From Squalus acanthias (Eukaryota), in NCBI GenBank assembly GCA_030390025.1, contig CM059437.1, forward strand, positions 54,436,001-54,500,000: a stretch of 64,000 nt of DNA, read 5' to 3'. A program made the position numbers and the translations under genes. Of this stretch, positions 10,856-23,554 are shown piece after piece. The first letter of the stretch is position 1, and every line of letters starts with the position of its first letter. Below the pieces are notes generated by a model, which was not told the DNA's origin, ran no database searches, and saw only the letters and a list, made by a program, of their open reading frames with translations.

Positions 10856-12156
10856 TGTTGAGATTAACTTATCTCTGGTCTTGCAAATAATCAGGATCGA
10901 GTGTAAACCAATATGGTGGTTATATTGAGTTTAATCGGAGTTTAGGATGGAATATAACACACTAGTTATACAGCAAAAAGGTACAATCGTGACAAGTAGC
11001 TGATACTGGACCCGATCGGACAGACGGCTGGCGCGCACGAATAACTCCTCTTATTCGTTCTCCTTCTTGTGTCACGTGTGTGTCTCTCTCTCTTTCAGAA
11101 CTACCCAAGAGTGTTAGACTCGGGTCAGCATGGGTAGACTCTCGGAAGAGTGTCAGACCACCAATTTCACACTTGGGAGCCCTTCGCTCCACGGTCTGAG
11201 CTTAAAGTTCTTCAGGTCTACCTTTTAGTTTCTCTTTAGGGGTGGGCCTGAGGTAGAATATGGAAAGGACCATTTAGCGTATAGAGGCTCCCCTTAAAAC
11301 AAGGTGCCCAATGGCATGTCGAGTTCTTTGTCTAAACTTACAGGTGAAGACCCTCCCTCAAGCGGGGTGGGAGGGTGTCTTCACAACTATTACCCATGTT
11401 TTCTTGTTTATACAGTTTTGAAGGTCAATCCTTCTGGATCCCTCTTATCTCGTCCGGTCCTGTCCTCCAAAGCTATAGTCTCTTATCTCATTCTGTCTTG
11501 TCCTCCCTGGTATGGAGTCAGTCGCCCAGACACACCAATCTTAGCGTTTAAACTGCTTCAGTCAGAGACCCCATTTTTGGAACTGCTTGTTATCAATCAT
11601 TTATGTTCATGCAGCTGGCCGTGCAAACTAACTATTTTATTTCATTATCAGTTTATTGTACCATGAAATGAACCATTAACTTCCCATAGATATCCTCTAT
11701 TCTATGCCCTTATACTAATTAACTTTTACATATCTTCGCAGGCAGTTCTGTTAAACGAACTGCAATTCCTATCTTAGCGTTACAATATGGCTATTAGTAA
11801 TAATGGAAGAAACATAGGTTGGATCTTCATTGGTCAAATTAAAGACACATTTAACAAAGTCAAAATCCTAACTTACAAACAACAGACAGCTAGCCTGGCA
11901 GGGAAGGTTATGCTGCGGGCCCCGATGTGGGATGTTATGCATCAACTAATCTAACTAACTAAAAACACTTTGTCTCGATTCGAATACAAGTTTTCCAAGA
12001 AACGAAACTTTACACAGTTCCAGTAAGACGCAACTTATACATTAACCCGTTATTTGTCTCGAGCAGAAACATACAATCATTTAAACACAGTATTATTCAT
12101 GTCACAGTTGCATTCGCATAACCATATATGTTTTTAGGCACCCCTAATTTCTAACA
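10856..12156 (-). repeat. 3' LTR of the provirus, preceded on the minus strand by a G-rich polypurine tract (about 12160-12193)
   Basis: TGTTGAG..CTAACA on the + strand. Homologous to 21540-22807, 43102-44421 and 48548-50590. Confidence 0.9.
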
Positions 12157-12351
12157 ATTCCCCCCGACCGCCCCCACCCCCCCCCCCCCGCCCTTGAGAG
12201 GGAGAAAACTCTATTTCGACCTCTCATTTTCGAACTTTACCAACTGCGCCAACTCTAGATTATTGGTTCAACCCCTCACTCAAGTTCAATTCACTGATCT
12301 GTTGTTCCAATTCTGCCCTGCCTGGGATATCCTCTGTTCCTTCTATCTTTC

Positions 12352-13225
12352 CTGATCAGTACCATTCATAACTCCTCAGAGAATGGAGCAGTCCATGTAC
12401 GTATGCAGCAAGACCTGGACGACGTTCAGGCTTGGGCTGATAAGTGGTTGGTAACATTCGCACCACACAAGTGCCAGCCAATGACTATCTCCAACAAGTG
12501 AGAGTTAACCACTGCCCCTTGACATTCAACGGCATTAACATCGCCGAATCCCCCCATCAACATCCTGTGGGTCACTATTGACCAGAAACTTAACTGGACC
12601 AGCCACATAAATACTGTGTCAACAAGAGCAGGTCAAAGGCTAGGTATTCTGAGACGAGTGTCTCACCTCCTGATTTTCCACCATCTACAAGGCACAAGTA
12701 TGGAGTATTATGGAATACTCTCCACTTGCCGGAATGAGTGGAGCTCCAACAACACTCAAGAAGTTCGACACCATCCAGGACAAAGCAGCCCACTTGATTG
12801 GCAGCCCATCCACCACCTCAAACATTCACTCCCTCCACCACCGGCGCACCGTGGCTGCAGTGTGTACCATCTAGACGATGCACTGCAGCAACTCGCCAAG
12901 TTTTCCTCAGCAGCACTTCCCAAACCCGCGAGCTCTACAACCTAGAAGGACAAGGGAGGCAGGCACATGGGAACACCATCACCTCCAAGTTCCCCTCCAG
13001 GTCACACAACATCATGAATTAGAAGTTTATCGCCGATCCTTCATCATCGCTGGGTCAAAATCCTGGACCTCCCTACCTAACAGCACTGTGGGAGTACCTT
13101 CAACACAAAGACTGCAGCGGTTCAAGAAAGTGGCTCACCATCACCTTCTCAAGGGCAATTAGGGATGGGCAATAAATGCTGGCCTTGCCAGCGACGCCCA
13201 CATCCCCTGAATGAATAAAAAAAAT
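12352..13225 (+). mobile_element. LINE (CR1/L2 group) 3' fragment inserted antisense into the provirus; paralog near 44610-45483
   Basis: QQDLDDVQAWADKW..FAP.KCQ.MTIS RT C-terminus, ending in an A-rich tail (gaataaaaaaaa). Confidence 0.75.
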
Positions 13226-14215
13226 CTTACCCAGCCTGAGGTCTCCATTATTTCATCTCGGATTTTCGTCCGTCATTAATTCGTTGGTACAGTTAGTCAT
13301 GATTATAGATACACATTCGGCTTATTCATCAAAGTCTTACTACACTGGTTATGTATATCAAATACAGTATAATTACAAGTTGGAGAACTACCAGAGCGTG
13401 TGAAATAATATGTAACAAGCGTGTGCTGATATAATAAGCCCAATATCCCACCAGAGTGAAGCCTCCCGATGCTGTCAATTTCAATATCTATTCACGAGTT
13501 GTCTTGCTCCAAAACATAAAAATGCTTTCGGGGGGAGTTCAGTCGCATCACACGCTCACTGAAGTCCTCAGACAACAGGGGAATGTCACACCCAAATGCG
13601 CCACGTAACTGTGCAGCTCGTACTTAATTGTCTCATATACTGTCAGATTCACTTCGGCATAAATTTTGATTTTGAGTAAAACGTGTTGGTTGATGGCTGT
13701 GGGTAGATGTGGTGTGAAGCAGAAACTGGGGCTATTAATGTGACAGGTCCCATTAGACCCAAAAAGCATGGTAGTTGCGGGAGTAACACAGTAGGCACCG
13801 CCAAAGCCACCTCATACTGGATTCGTACTGGTTTTTCCCATGCTCTGTTACCTACAAAGCACAGTTATTACAATCACAGTTCTACAATCATTAGCACGTC
13901 GACTAAGTACATACATTTCAAAGAAAGCTACAGTTTAACATCTAATCAACAAATCATGGACTTAAAAAATTCACCATATCTCTTTTATTCGTATCCATCT
14001 TGTGGATAATTCTTGCTAAATATGATTTCTCACTAGCCTTCAATCGTCCCAATCCAAATTTCATGTAACTCTCTACTTTAACTTCAATTTCAATCCCTCT
14101 AACAGTTACCAGTGTGTCTAACTCTATTTTGATTGTTTCATTATCATTCTTAACTGGTTCTGTAAGGTAAAATATGTAATATTTCTTCTTTCACAGTTTT
14201 CAACTGATTGATAGG

Positions 14216-15200
14216 CTACCATTTAGCCACCTTGGTCCTCCACTTTTCCCCAGAGAATAGCACCAGGTAAACTGAAGGACTGGCACTGTCAATAATCGGG
14301 AAGGGGCTATTCCACTTTGGTTCGAAGCAATGTTGCTTCTTCCCATAGCTTAGTATCATTACAACATCTCCCACTTGATACTCAAATGGTCGGACCTTCT
14401 TGTCAAAGTATTTATTTGCCTGGGTTTTTGATTTGCCTGTTTGTGTAGCTACAAACATGTTAGTTTGTTCTATGTTCTCTACCACCGTTTCAAGCCATTT
14501 TTGGTTGGCAATTCCCTGTGCTAAGGGTGTGGCTGAAGGGGTTAACAGATGGACTGGCATTTGCATTCGTTGCCTGGTCATAGCCTGGTAGGGCGAGATA
14601 CCCGTTATGCTATGCGCGTTGGATCTAATAGCCATTAGGCACATTGGCAACATTTGGTGGAGTGATCTGCACAAAATTTGTTTAACATAGTTTTCAGATT
14701 TCGGTTTCCTCTTTCCACCATTCCAGATGATTGTGGGTGATGGGAGTTGTGAAGTTTATGCGAGATACCCATTATCCATTGTAGTTCGGTAAACATTTGG
14801 GCAGTAAAGTGTGATCCCTGATCACTATCAACTTGAATTGGCACTCTCCACCTACAGATCACCTCACCCAACAAAAGGCGAGCTACTTTCAATGCGGTGT
14901 TTGTTTTGCATGGAAAAGCCTCCATTCATTTAGTAAATTTATCAACTATAACCAGACAATACCGCAAACCAGAAGGTCCTGCAGGTAAGGGCCCTATAAA
15001 ACCAATTTGAAGGTGGGTCCACGGCCCATCGGGAGGAGGGGGACTACGCAACAGCGCCCGATTAGTCTGGGCACTTGGATTGTGCTGTAAACGGGCAGGT
15101 AACGATTCACCCCATGAGTAACATACGTCACACAATTCGAACACATTAGCTGAATAGTGTCCTCCCACCGGGTGTGAGTGGAGGACATCAAAAAACTCGG
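14216..15200 (-). pseudogene. pol: Provirus integrase (broken)
   Basis: GPWTHLQIGFIGPLP..YCLVIVDKFTK, VDSDQGSHFT, HPQSSGMVERGNRNLK and a GPY/F-like C-terminus (EPKWNSPFPI). Contains stops and frameshifts. Confidence 0.9.
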
Positions 15201-15439
15201 GTGCTATGGATAGGGGAACACAGACAACTGGGAGATCTCATGATAGCCACCACAAACGGGGATTGTATATTAACAGGGGGCCAGCTTCTCAAGTCTGATA
15301 TGGAGCCAATTGTGTGTCCGCAGCTCATGGAGTGGGCGGAGGTAACGGACATCCATTCTAATTGCATGCCAACCACATAGGAGGAATAACTGGACTGGAG
15401 GGAGGGGAGGTCGATGTCCCCACCTTGGATACACGAGAC

Positions 15440-16036
15440 TTAACTTAAGGGAGGGGTAGGAGCTTGCCAGAGGTCACCGTTAAAGGCGACGTCCTTAGCA
15501 GCACGATCTGCCTGTGAGTTACCCTGGGTGTATAGGTCTGAAGGCCGTGAATGGGACTTCACCTTACCAACATAGACAGGGGCTGAACGTGAATTTAAAG
15601 AGTCCCAAAGGGAATCAAAGATGTCTGCATGGAGCAGAGTCTTAGCATCAACAGTACAAAAATTATTCTGAACATACAACGGTAAAGATAGCAAAGTTTT
15701 AATTGCATAGGCATTATCTAACCAGACATTAACAGGTATGTCATGAGTAATTTGGATCGCTGTCACCAGGGCTGCAACTTCCGCATATTGGGCAGAGTGG
15801 GGAATGCATTTATACGTGGACTTTTGGTCAAGCAGAACTACCTCAAATCCAGTAAGGGGCTTTCCATCCCTGTGATAGGATGATCCATCAATATAGACGT
15901 CCTGGGCGTCACTTAACAGATTAGGAGAGACGGGGTGACGGTCGAACTTCAGTGGTGTAAGGGGGCATTCATGGCTTTCCCCCTCGTACAATAGGAGCTG
16001 GGGTAGTAGTGTTGTCTGCTTTGGCGTTATTTCCAA
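15440..16036 (-). pseudogene. pol: Provirus RNase H (retroviral type)
   Basis: YIDGSS..SAQYAEVAAL..VKSH..GNSQADRAAK. Confidence 0.9.
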
Positions 16037-16174
16037 ATCTCTCTGAGTTAACTGAAGAGTCCAATGACTGAGTCAAGCAGAGGAGACCAAAGTGTCCCCT
16101 GCTTTGAGTAGAAGATTTGAAGGAGTGTGGTGGCTGTGGATAATCATTTTGTTCAATCCAGTAATAAACGTGAA

Positions 16175-16582
16175 GGGCTGGATTTTGAATGACCCATGGA
16201 GTCGGGTTTGGAAGCGTGTGGGGGGTTAAATTTGCGGGGTCGGGGGTCCCGACCCCATCCCGACTCCATCCCGCCTACACGCACTTTTGACAAAATAAGT
16301 CGCGTTGTTCCCGACTCCGTCCCGCCTCCAAGAGGCGGGAGAGGCCATTAAAGCCCTTAACTAGTTTAACCCTTTTCCGACGTGAAGTACGCCTGGTGTG
16401 AAACACTCCAGTGTAACCTGGCGGTAGCACAAGTGGATAGCTGACTATCAGCTGCAGGTCCACTATTACAATGGAGCTGTGATGAAGGTAGTATTAGGTC
16501 TGAAAGTCGCCTCTGATGCTGCTGCATTGAATGTCTTCAGAGACTGTATGGACTTTGCTGTGAGAGGAATTGGATACTAAAA

Positions 16583-16618
<36 letters not shown>

Positions 16619-16896
16619 TGCATCCAGGTCCTCTCACAGCGAAAGCCAGACAGGTCCTCTCTCACCAACAGCCATGCAGTCTCTGAAACCAGACAGTCAG
16701 CAATGATGACATCATCAGAGGCGACTTTCAGACTGAAAACACTAATTAGTTCATGGGTTCCCACATGCTGGAACTCAATTGCCCAATTAAGTGAAAATTG
16801 CATCATTCATCCCCATTAATCTGGAGTCGGGGGGAGGGAGGGACTCGAAATGCGGATGACACAACCCCAACCCGACCCCAAGACAAAATCCTGCCC
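16175..16896. mobile_element. PIF/Harbinger-like MITE nested in the pol tether domain
   Basis: TIRs GGGCTGGATTTT / AAAATCCTGCCC. TSD GAA (16172-16174, 16897-16899). Removing it rejoins LLATYWVAKHF|TFITGLNK. Confidence 0.8.
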
Positions 16897-16899
16897 GAA

Positions 16900-18161
16900 G
16901 TGTTTAGCCACCCAATAGGTGGCCAGCAGATGTCACTCACACACAGTGTAATTCTTCTCCATGCCAGTCTTAATGCGAGAGGCGTACTCAATTGACATAA
17001 GTTTATCATGTACCTCTTGACACAGAATAGCAGCAAGATCGGTGGATCCCACCTCCAGGTGGAAAGGCTTGTACCAGTCAGGATTTGTCAGACATGTGGC
17101 TTGCATAACGGCAGTCTTAAGCAGGGACACAAAAGTGGTATGTTCGGCTGTCTAGTCACGGGTCACAGAACCTTCCGCGCCCTTTAATTGTTCATATAAG
17201 GGTTTGACCAGCTCACGCAATCTGGGAACAAACGAGCGTTGGTATCCCATCAGACCCAAGAAGGAATGAAGCGCAGTTTTGGATGCTGGCAACGGTAAAC
17301 GCTGAATCATGTCAATCTTCTGCTGGTCTGGATTGAGCCCCTTCGGTCCCACAGTTACCCCTAAAAATGTCACTTCCGTTTGTTACAATTGTGCCTTCTT
17401 TGGATTAATTTTTAATCTAGCCTTCAGAGTAAGGTCTAGTAGCTCTTCCATTAGTTCAATATGAGTCTGTTTGTCAGGTGTAGCAAGCAAAAGGTCGTTG
17501 ACATATTGCAGCAGGTAGTCAGGTCTTGAGATAGGTTGAAGTGCCTGAGCCACCCATTTGTGGAATATAGTCGGGGTATTGTGAATGCCTTGAGGCAAAC
17601 ATGTTCATATATAACTTTGATTGTCAAAGGTGAAGGCAAACTTATACTGATCCTCTGCGCGAACAGGACTACTCCAGAACCCATTTGAAATGTCGAAGGT
17701 AGAGAAGTAGTAGCTACCTGTTGGAACCTGGGACAGGAGGGTGGGGTCTCCCAAACAATAGGGGCGCAAACTGGGGTTATCGAATTAAGCATGCGATAAT
17801 CAATTGTTAGACGCCAACTATCATCTGATTTGTTAACCGGTCAGGTTGGAGAATTAGTGGTAAAACTGCCAGTGCGGAAAACACCCTGCTTTATCAGTGA
17901 ATCAATAGTAGACCGAACATAAGGTTTGCTCTCAGCCGGAATGGAATACTGCTTAACAGGAGGGTGGCGTGGTGAGGGGGGGGGGGGCGGGGGCGGCTGT
18001 TGTCCATTCATCGCCACATCTCCTGACATCCTACCACAATCATGTTTGAACTGAGAAAAAACCTCTGAAAATTTATGAATTAGTGTATTGACTATGGGGT
18101 CTTCAGTCCCAGGAAGGACGATGTCCTCCGTGTTTTTTAATTGCATATACCGAATGGACAT
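16900..18161 (-). pseudogene. pol: Provirus reverse transcriptase plus tether (degenerate first RNase H)
   Basis: DISNGFWS, LPQGIHNTPTIFH, LQYVNDLLL, TFLGVTV, LHSFLGLMGYQRSFVP, then FHLEVG..IEYASR. Several frameshifts. Confidence 0.9.
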
Positions 18162-18187
18162 CCGGAATAGGTGTTAGTGGTCCCTCA

Positions 18188-18526
18188 TTAAAGTGCCACA
18201 AATACAATTTTAGTGTAGTCGATGACAGATTGGTGCTTATTCAGCGTGTCGCTTCCGAGGATACCTTTCTGGTCATTGGTGGCCATATATACAGGAGACA
18301 GGACATTGGAGGAATTCCCATCAACGGACAAGACTATGCAGCTCAATCCCTGATTAGCTAACTGAGTAGAAGCATTAAAGCTGTAAAGATTCAGGGCAGT
18401 GCCTGCATAGCTGAAAGGGTTGGGGTCATGTAAAATAGTTACGGCGGAAGAGGAATCCACGAGCAAAACATGGCAGCAGCCTTCATTATCAGTGGTCCAG
18501 ACGAAGGGTTCGTCCATCCTCCCCAT
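18188..18526 (-). pseudogene. Provirus aspartic protease (degenerate)
   Basis: LLVDSSSAVTIL (DSG-like) and GILGSD. Confidence 0.7.
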
Positions 18527-18547
18527 CCTTGACAGGAGAACACGTGG

Positions 18548-19830
18548 TCACCGCGGAGGCCGGTGACCGTCACTGGGCCCTTGAGCCTGGAAGCGCATCT
18601 CCGCTATGAGAAATAGCCGAAACTTTTTGCACCCACAACAGCCCCCCCCCCGCCCCGCCACCACACCCCTCGCCCTTCCGCCCGTCTGACTGTGCTTCAT
18701 GGCCTCAACTACCGCTGAAAGGCGTCCTCGAAGCTGCAGCACAGAGTTCAAATCAGACCCGTTACCTTCACGAATTGGGGGTTGGTAGCGTGGGCCATTA
18801 TTCGGATGTCGATTATCGCGGCGGTCACAATCATAGTGTCCGGGCTTATAACAGCTATAACAAATTATGTGGCGTTTGTCTCCCGGCTGTGGAGGTGTTT
18901 GTGGAATCAGAGGACCCTCCACCGCCGACAATTTGGACTCAGTAGGGGCGAGGGGCGATTTAACTCGTTCCCAAGCTTGAATGCAAGAGTCCAAGGGCTC
19001 CCTGATGGACGGTAATACCAAGAATGTCCCTTATGGCGGGTAAAAGAGCGTTGATGAGTGTCAGCTTAAATCCCTCAGTGTCCCAAAAGCCGTGCCCATC
19101 ACTGGGACTGGTCGAACAAATCATACAATCGATTCGCAAAGGCCACGGCGTGTGCGTTAGCCTCTTGTCGGGTGTCCCCAGCCGCAAAATAAGTTCATGC
19201 CCAAACGGGAACAAACTGCATCAAAAAGACATCCCAGCAACCCTTGTTTTTATCATCGATATCCCATGAGAGTGATAACTTGAGCTCCCGTGAGATGCAT
19301 GCCAACAGAACTTGTTTTAAGACTGTCCACTCTAACTCGGGGTGACAGCGACGGAATGTACCCCAATCATTTGTGAGCACAACTGCATTCGTCCCCCAGT
19401 TTATTGGCCCCAATTCTTCGGTTAGTACTTTGCACTCCACCGGGTTCAAATTTTACTGGTAGTAGTAGTTACTTCCACATTTGGGTGCAGGTCATAGGAT
19501 ACAGAGGAGGTATCATTCTCGAATTCATGGTCCGAGCGTGCCGAGTCACCAAATCGGGTGGTAGTAGTGATTATATTAGCCTGTTTGGTTTCTACCAGGG
19601 CAGTTTATCCTGGATAGGGGAGCGAGGCGCAGAGGGTGAGGGACTATTTTGGAAGATGGGGTTATTATTGCACTGGGCTTTTCTTGTCAGATCATCTCAT
19701 TTAATGCCGGGATCCCCTGGTTTAAGGCAACTGACGGCCACAACAGCAGCTGTTTGTCTCCCCAGTTTTCCCTTCAATTGCATAATTTTTAATTTGCAGT
19801 GAGTATGGTCGGTGCTCACCAGAGTTTGTT
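18548..19830 (-). pseudogene. gag: Provirus gag (broken, one degenerate CCHC knuckle)
   Basis: Lies upstream of the protease. CYSCYKPGHYDCDR zinc-knuckle relic. Several overlapping ORF fragments. Confidence 0.65.
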
Positions 19831-19840
19831 ATATTATGAG

Positions 19841-21539
19841 TTTCTATATGCGCTGCTACTACTTCCTTAATAATGGATTTGAGTATTTTACCAATGACAG
19901 ATGTTAGGCTAACTGTCTGGTAGTTTCCTGCTTTCTGTCTCCCTCCTTTTTTGAATAAGGCTGTTACGTTTGCGGTTTTCTAAACCGCAGGAACTTTTCC
20001 AGAGTCAAGGGAATTTTGGAAGATTACAACCAATGCATCCACTATCTCTGCAGCCACTTGTTTTATGACCCTAGGATGCAGGCCATCAGGTCCAGGGGAC
20101 TTGTCAGCCTTTAGACCCATAAGATTGCGTAGCACTTTTTCTCTAGTGATAGCGATTGTTTTAAGATCCTCTCTCCCTGTTGCCCCTTGATTTTCGACTA
20201 TTACTGGGATGTTTTTAATGTCCTCTACTTTGAAGACAGATACAAAATATGTGTTCAATGCCTCTGCCATTTCCTTGTTTCCCATTATTATTTCCCCAGT
20301 CTTGTCCTCTAAGTCACCAACGTTTACTTTAGCAAGTCTCCTCCTTTTTATATACATATAGAAGCTCTTACTGTCAGGTTTTATATTTCTTGCTGTTCAC
20401 TCTCATAAGCTATTTACTCCCTCTTTATTTTTTTAGTCATCCTTTGCTGGTTTCTAAAATTTTCATTTTCTTCTGGCCTACCACTAATCTCTGCAAAATT
20501 TTATGCCATTTCTTTCAATTTGATACCATCCTTAACTTCTTTGGTTCGTCCTTCTCTTCGAGTCTTTCTTTCTCACTGAAATATATCATTGTTGAGAGTC
20601 ATGAAATATCTCTTTAAATGTCTGCCACTGCTTTTCTACCGTCTCACCTTCTAATCTATTTTCCTAGTCCACTTTAGCCTACTCTCTCCTCATACCTTTG
20701 TAATTGCCTTTATTTACATTTAATACTCTAGTTTCAGACCCAAGTTTCTCACCTTCAAACTGAATGTGGAATTCTATCATGTTATGATCACTCTTCCCTG
20801 GAGGATCCTTTACTATGAGATAATTAATTAATCCTGTTTCATTACACATTACCAGATCTAAAATAACCTATTCCCTGTTCGGTTCCACAACGTATTGTTC
20901 CAATAAACTGCCCCGAATACACTCTAAGAACTCGTCCTTTATTGCTGCTTTTGACAACTTGATTTGTCCAATCTATATGAAGATTAAAATCGCCCACAGT
21001 TATTGCGGTACCTTACTTACAAGCCCCCATTATTTCTTGATTTATACTCTGTCCTATCGTGTAGCTACTGTTAGGGGGCCGATAGACTACTCCCACCAGT
21101 GCCTTATTTCTCTTACTATGTCTTACCTCCACCCAAATTGATTCTACATCTGGAACTTCTGAGCCAAGATCGTTTCTCAGTATTGTACTGATCTCATCCT
21201 CTACTAACAGAGCTACCCCACCTCCTTTCCCTTTCTGTCTATCAAATACCCCTGAATATTCAGTTCCCAGCCTTGGTCACGTTGCAACCACGTCTGTGTG
21301 ATGGCTATTAGATCATACACATTTACTTCTATTTGTGCCGTCAATTCATCTATCTTGTTACGAATGCTGCGTGCATTCAGATAAAGAGCCTTTAATTTTG
21401 TCATTTTATAATTTTTCCCTACTCTGACCTTATTTGCTGGTGCACTCTTATGTCTGTACGCTCTGTCCCGTCCTGTCGCACTCTGGTTTTCATTGCCCAT
21501 ATCGCTACCCTGCACTATTGCCTGTCCTTTCTCTTTAAC
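19841..21539 (-). mobile_element. CR1 LINE (endonuclease to early ORF2) abutting the 5' LTR
   Basis: KLKALYLNARSIRNK..IAITQTWL and KSPGPDGLHPRV. Confidence 0.85.
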
Positions 21540-22807
21540 TGTTGGCGTTAACTTATTTCTTGTCTTTCGAATAATCAGGATTGCATGCAAACCGATGTGT
21601 TGGGTATATCGGAGTTCAGGAAGAAATATAACACACTAGTTGTACAGCAAAACATATGACTGTGACAATTAGCAGGTAACGGACCCGATCGGACAGACGG
21701 CTGGCGTGTGCGAACAAGTCTTCTTAACATTTCCCTTCTTGTCTCACTTGTCCCTCTCTCTCTTTCTGAACTACCCAAGAGTTTTAGACTAGTGTCAGCA
21801 TGGGTCCACTCTCGGAAGGTGTGTTAGACCACCGATTTTACTCTTGAGAGCCCTTCGCTCCATGGTCTGAGCTAAGAGTTCTTTAGGTTTTCCTTTTATT
21901 TTCCTTTTAGTGGTGGGCCTGAGGTAGAATATGGAAAGGTCCATTTAACCTATAGAGATTCCCCTTCAAGCAAGGTGCCCAATGGCATGTCGAGTTCTTT
22001 GTCTAAATGTACAGACGAAGAAACTCCCTCGGGGGCGTGGGGGGGGCGTGTCTTCGCAACCATTACACATACTTTCCTGTTTATACAGTTTTTGAAGGCC
22101 AATCTATATGGATCCCTCTTATCTCGTCTGACCCTGTATATCATCCTGTCTTGTCCTCCCTGGTCTGGAGTCAGTAGCCCAGACACACCAAGCTTGGCCT
22201 TCAGGCTCCTTCAGTCAGAGACCCCTTTGTTGGAACTGCTTGTTATCAATTATTTATGTTCATGCAGCTGGCCATGCAAACTAAATATTTCATTTCATTA
22301 TCAGTCTATTGCATCATGAAATGAACCATTAAATTCCCATAAATATCCTCTATTCTATGCCCTTATACTAATTAGCTTTTACATATCTTCGCAAGCCAGT
22401 CTGTTAAATGAACTCCAATTCCTACCTTAGCATTATAATATGGTTATTAGTAATAATGGAAGAAACATGGGTTAGACCATCATTGACCAAATTATAGACA
22501 CATTAAACAAAGTCAAAATACTAACTTACGAACAACAGACAGCTAACCTGGCAAGCAAGGTCATGCTGTGGGTCCCTATGTGGGATGTTATGCATCATCT
22601 AATCTAACTAACTAAAAACACTTTGTCTCGATTCGAATACAAGTATTCCAGGAAACAAAACTTACGCAGTTCCAGTAAGACACAACATATACATTAAACC
22701 CTTACTTGTCTCGAGCAGAAACATAGAATCATTTAAACACTGTATTATTCACATCACAGTTTTATTCATGTAAACAAATACATTTTAGGCACACCTAATT
22801 TCTAACA
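21540..22807 (-). repeat. 5' LTR of the provirus
   Basis: TGTTGGCG..CTAACA followed by TSD CCAC. No TGG primer-binding site is visible because CR1 sequence follows directly. Confidence 0.9.
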
Positions 22808-23545
22808 CCACCTCACACTTATCTGTGTTAAAATTAATTTGTCAATGACACGCCCATTCTGCAAGTTTATTAATGTCTTCCTTCATTTTGTTGCATTCTT
22901 CCTTTCTTTAATTATATCTCCCAATTTGATGTCATCCACAAATTTTGAAATGGTACTTCTGCTTCCCAAATCCAAATCATTATTGTAAATTGTGAGCAAT
23001 AATGGTCCCAGCACCGATCCCTGTGGAATACCACTTTCCACCTTTTGCCAGACTGCGTAGCTACCCTTAACCCTCACTCTCTTTTTTCTGTTTTGTAGCC
23101 AGCTTGCTATCCGTTCTGCTAAATGTCCCCTGACTCCACATGCTCTGACTTTAGTTATAAGTTTATTATGCGGTACCTTATCAAAGGCCTTTTGAAAATC
23201 CAAATATATTACATCTACTGAATTACCCTTATCTACTCTTACTGGTACTTCTTCAACGAATTCAATAAGGTTGATGAAACATGACCTTTCCTTTTGAAAT
23301 CTGTGCTGTGTACTCTTTATTATGGTTTCGGTTTCCAGATGCTTTGCTATTACATCTTTGAGTAATTATTCCATTATCTTTCCTGCCACTGACCTTAAGC
23401 TATACGGACTTGTCCTGTCTCCCTTTTTAAATATAGGAATTACATTACTTGTCTGCCTGTCCTCTGGCACGATTCCCTTTCCGAATGAATTGTTATATAT
23501 ATGTAATAGTGCCTCTGCTTTCTCTTCCCTGACCTCGAATCATAA
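22808..23545 (-). mobile_element. Host CR1 RT fragment (continues at about 10625-10855); paralog 50591-51325
   Basis: [32 protein letters not shown]. Confidence 0.85.
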
Positions 23546-23554
23546 TGTATAGAG

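Larger units (their letters stand above)
10856..22807 (-). mobile_element. Decayed retrovirus-like LTR provirus (gag-pro-RT-tether-RNaseH-IN plus 3' region) inserted into an older CR1
   Basis: Two LTRs of about 1.3 kb with TG..CA ends. 4-bp TSD CCAC (10852-10855, 22808-22811). The host CR1 is continuous across the site (aaagtacaccac|ctcacacttatc). Confidence 0.9.
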
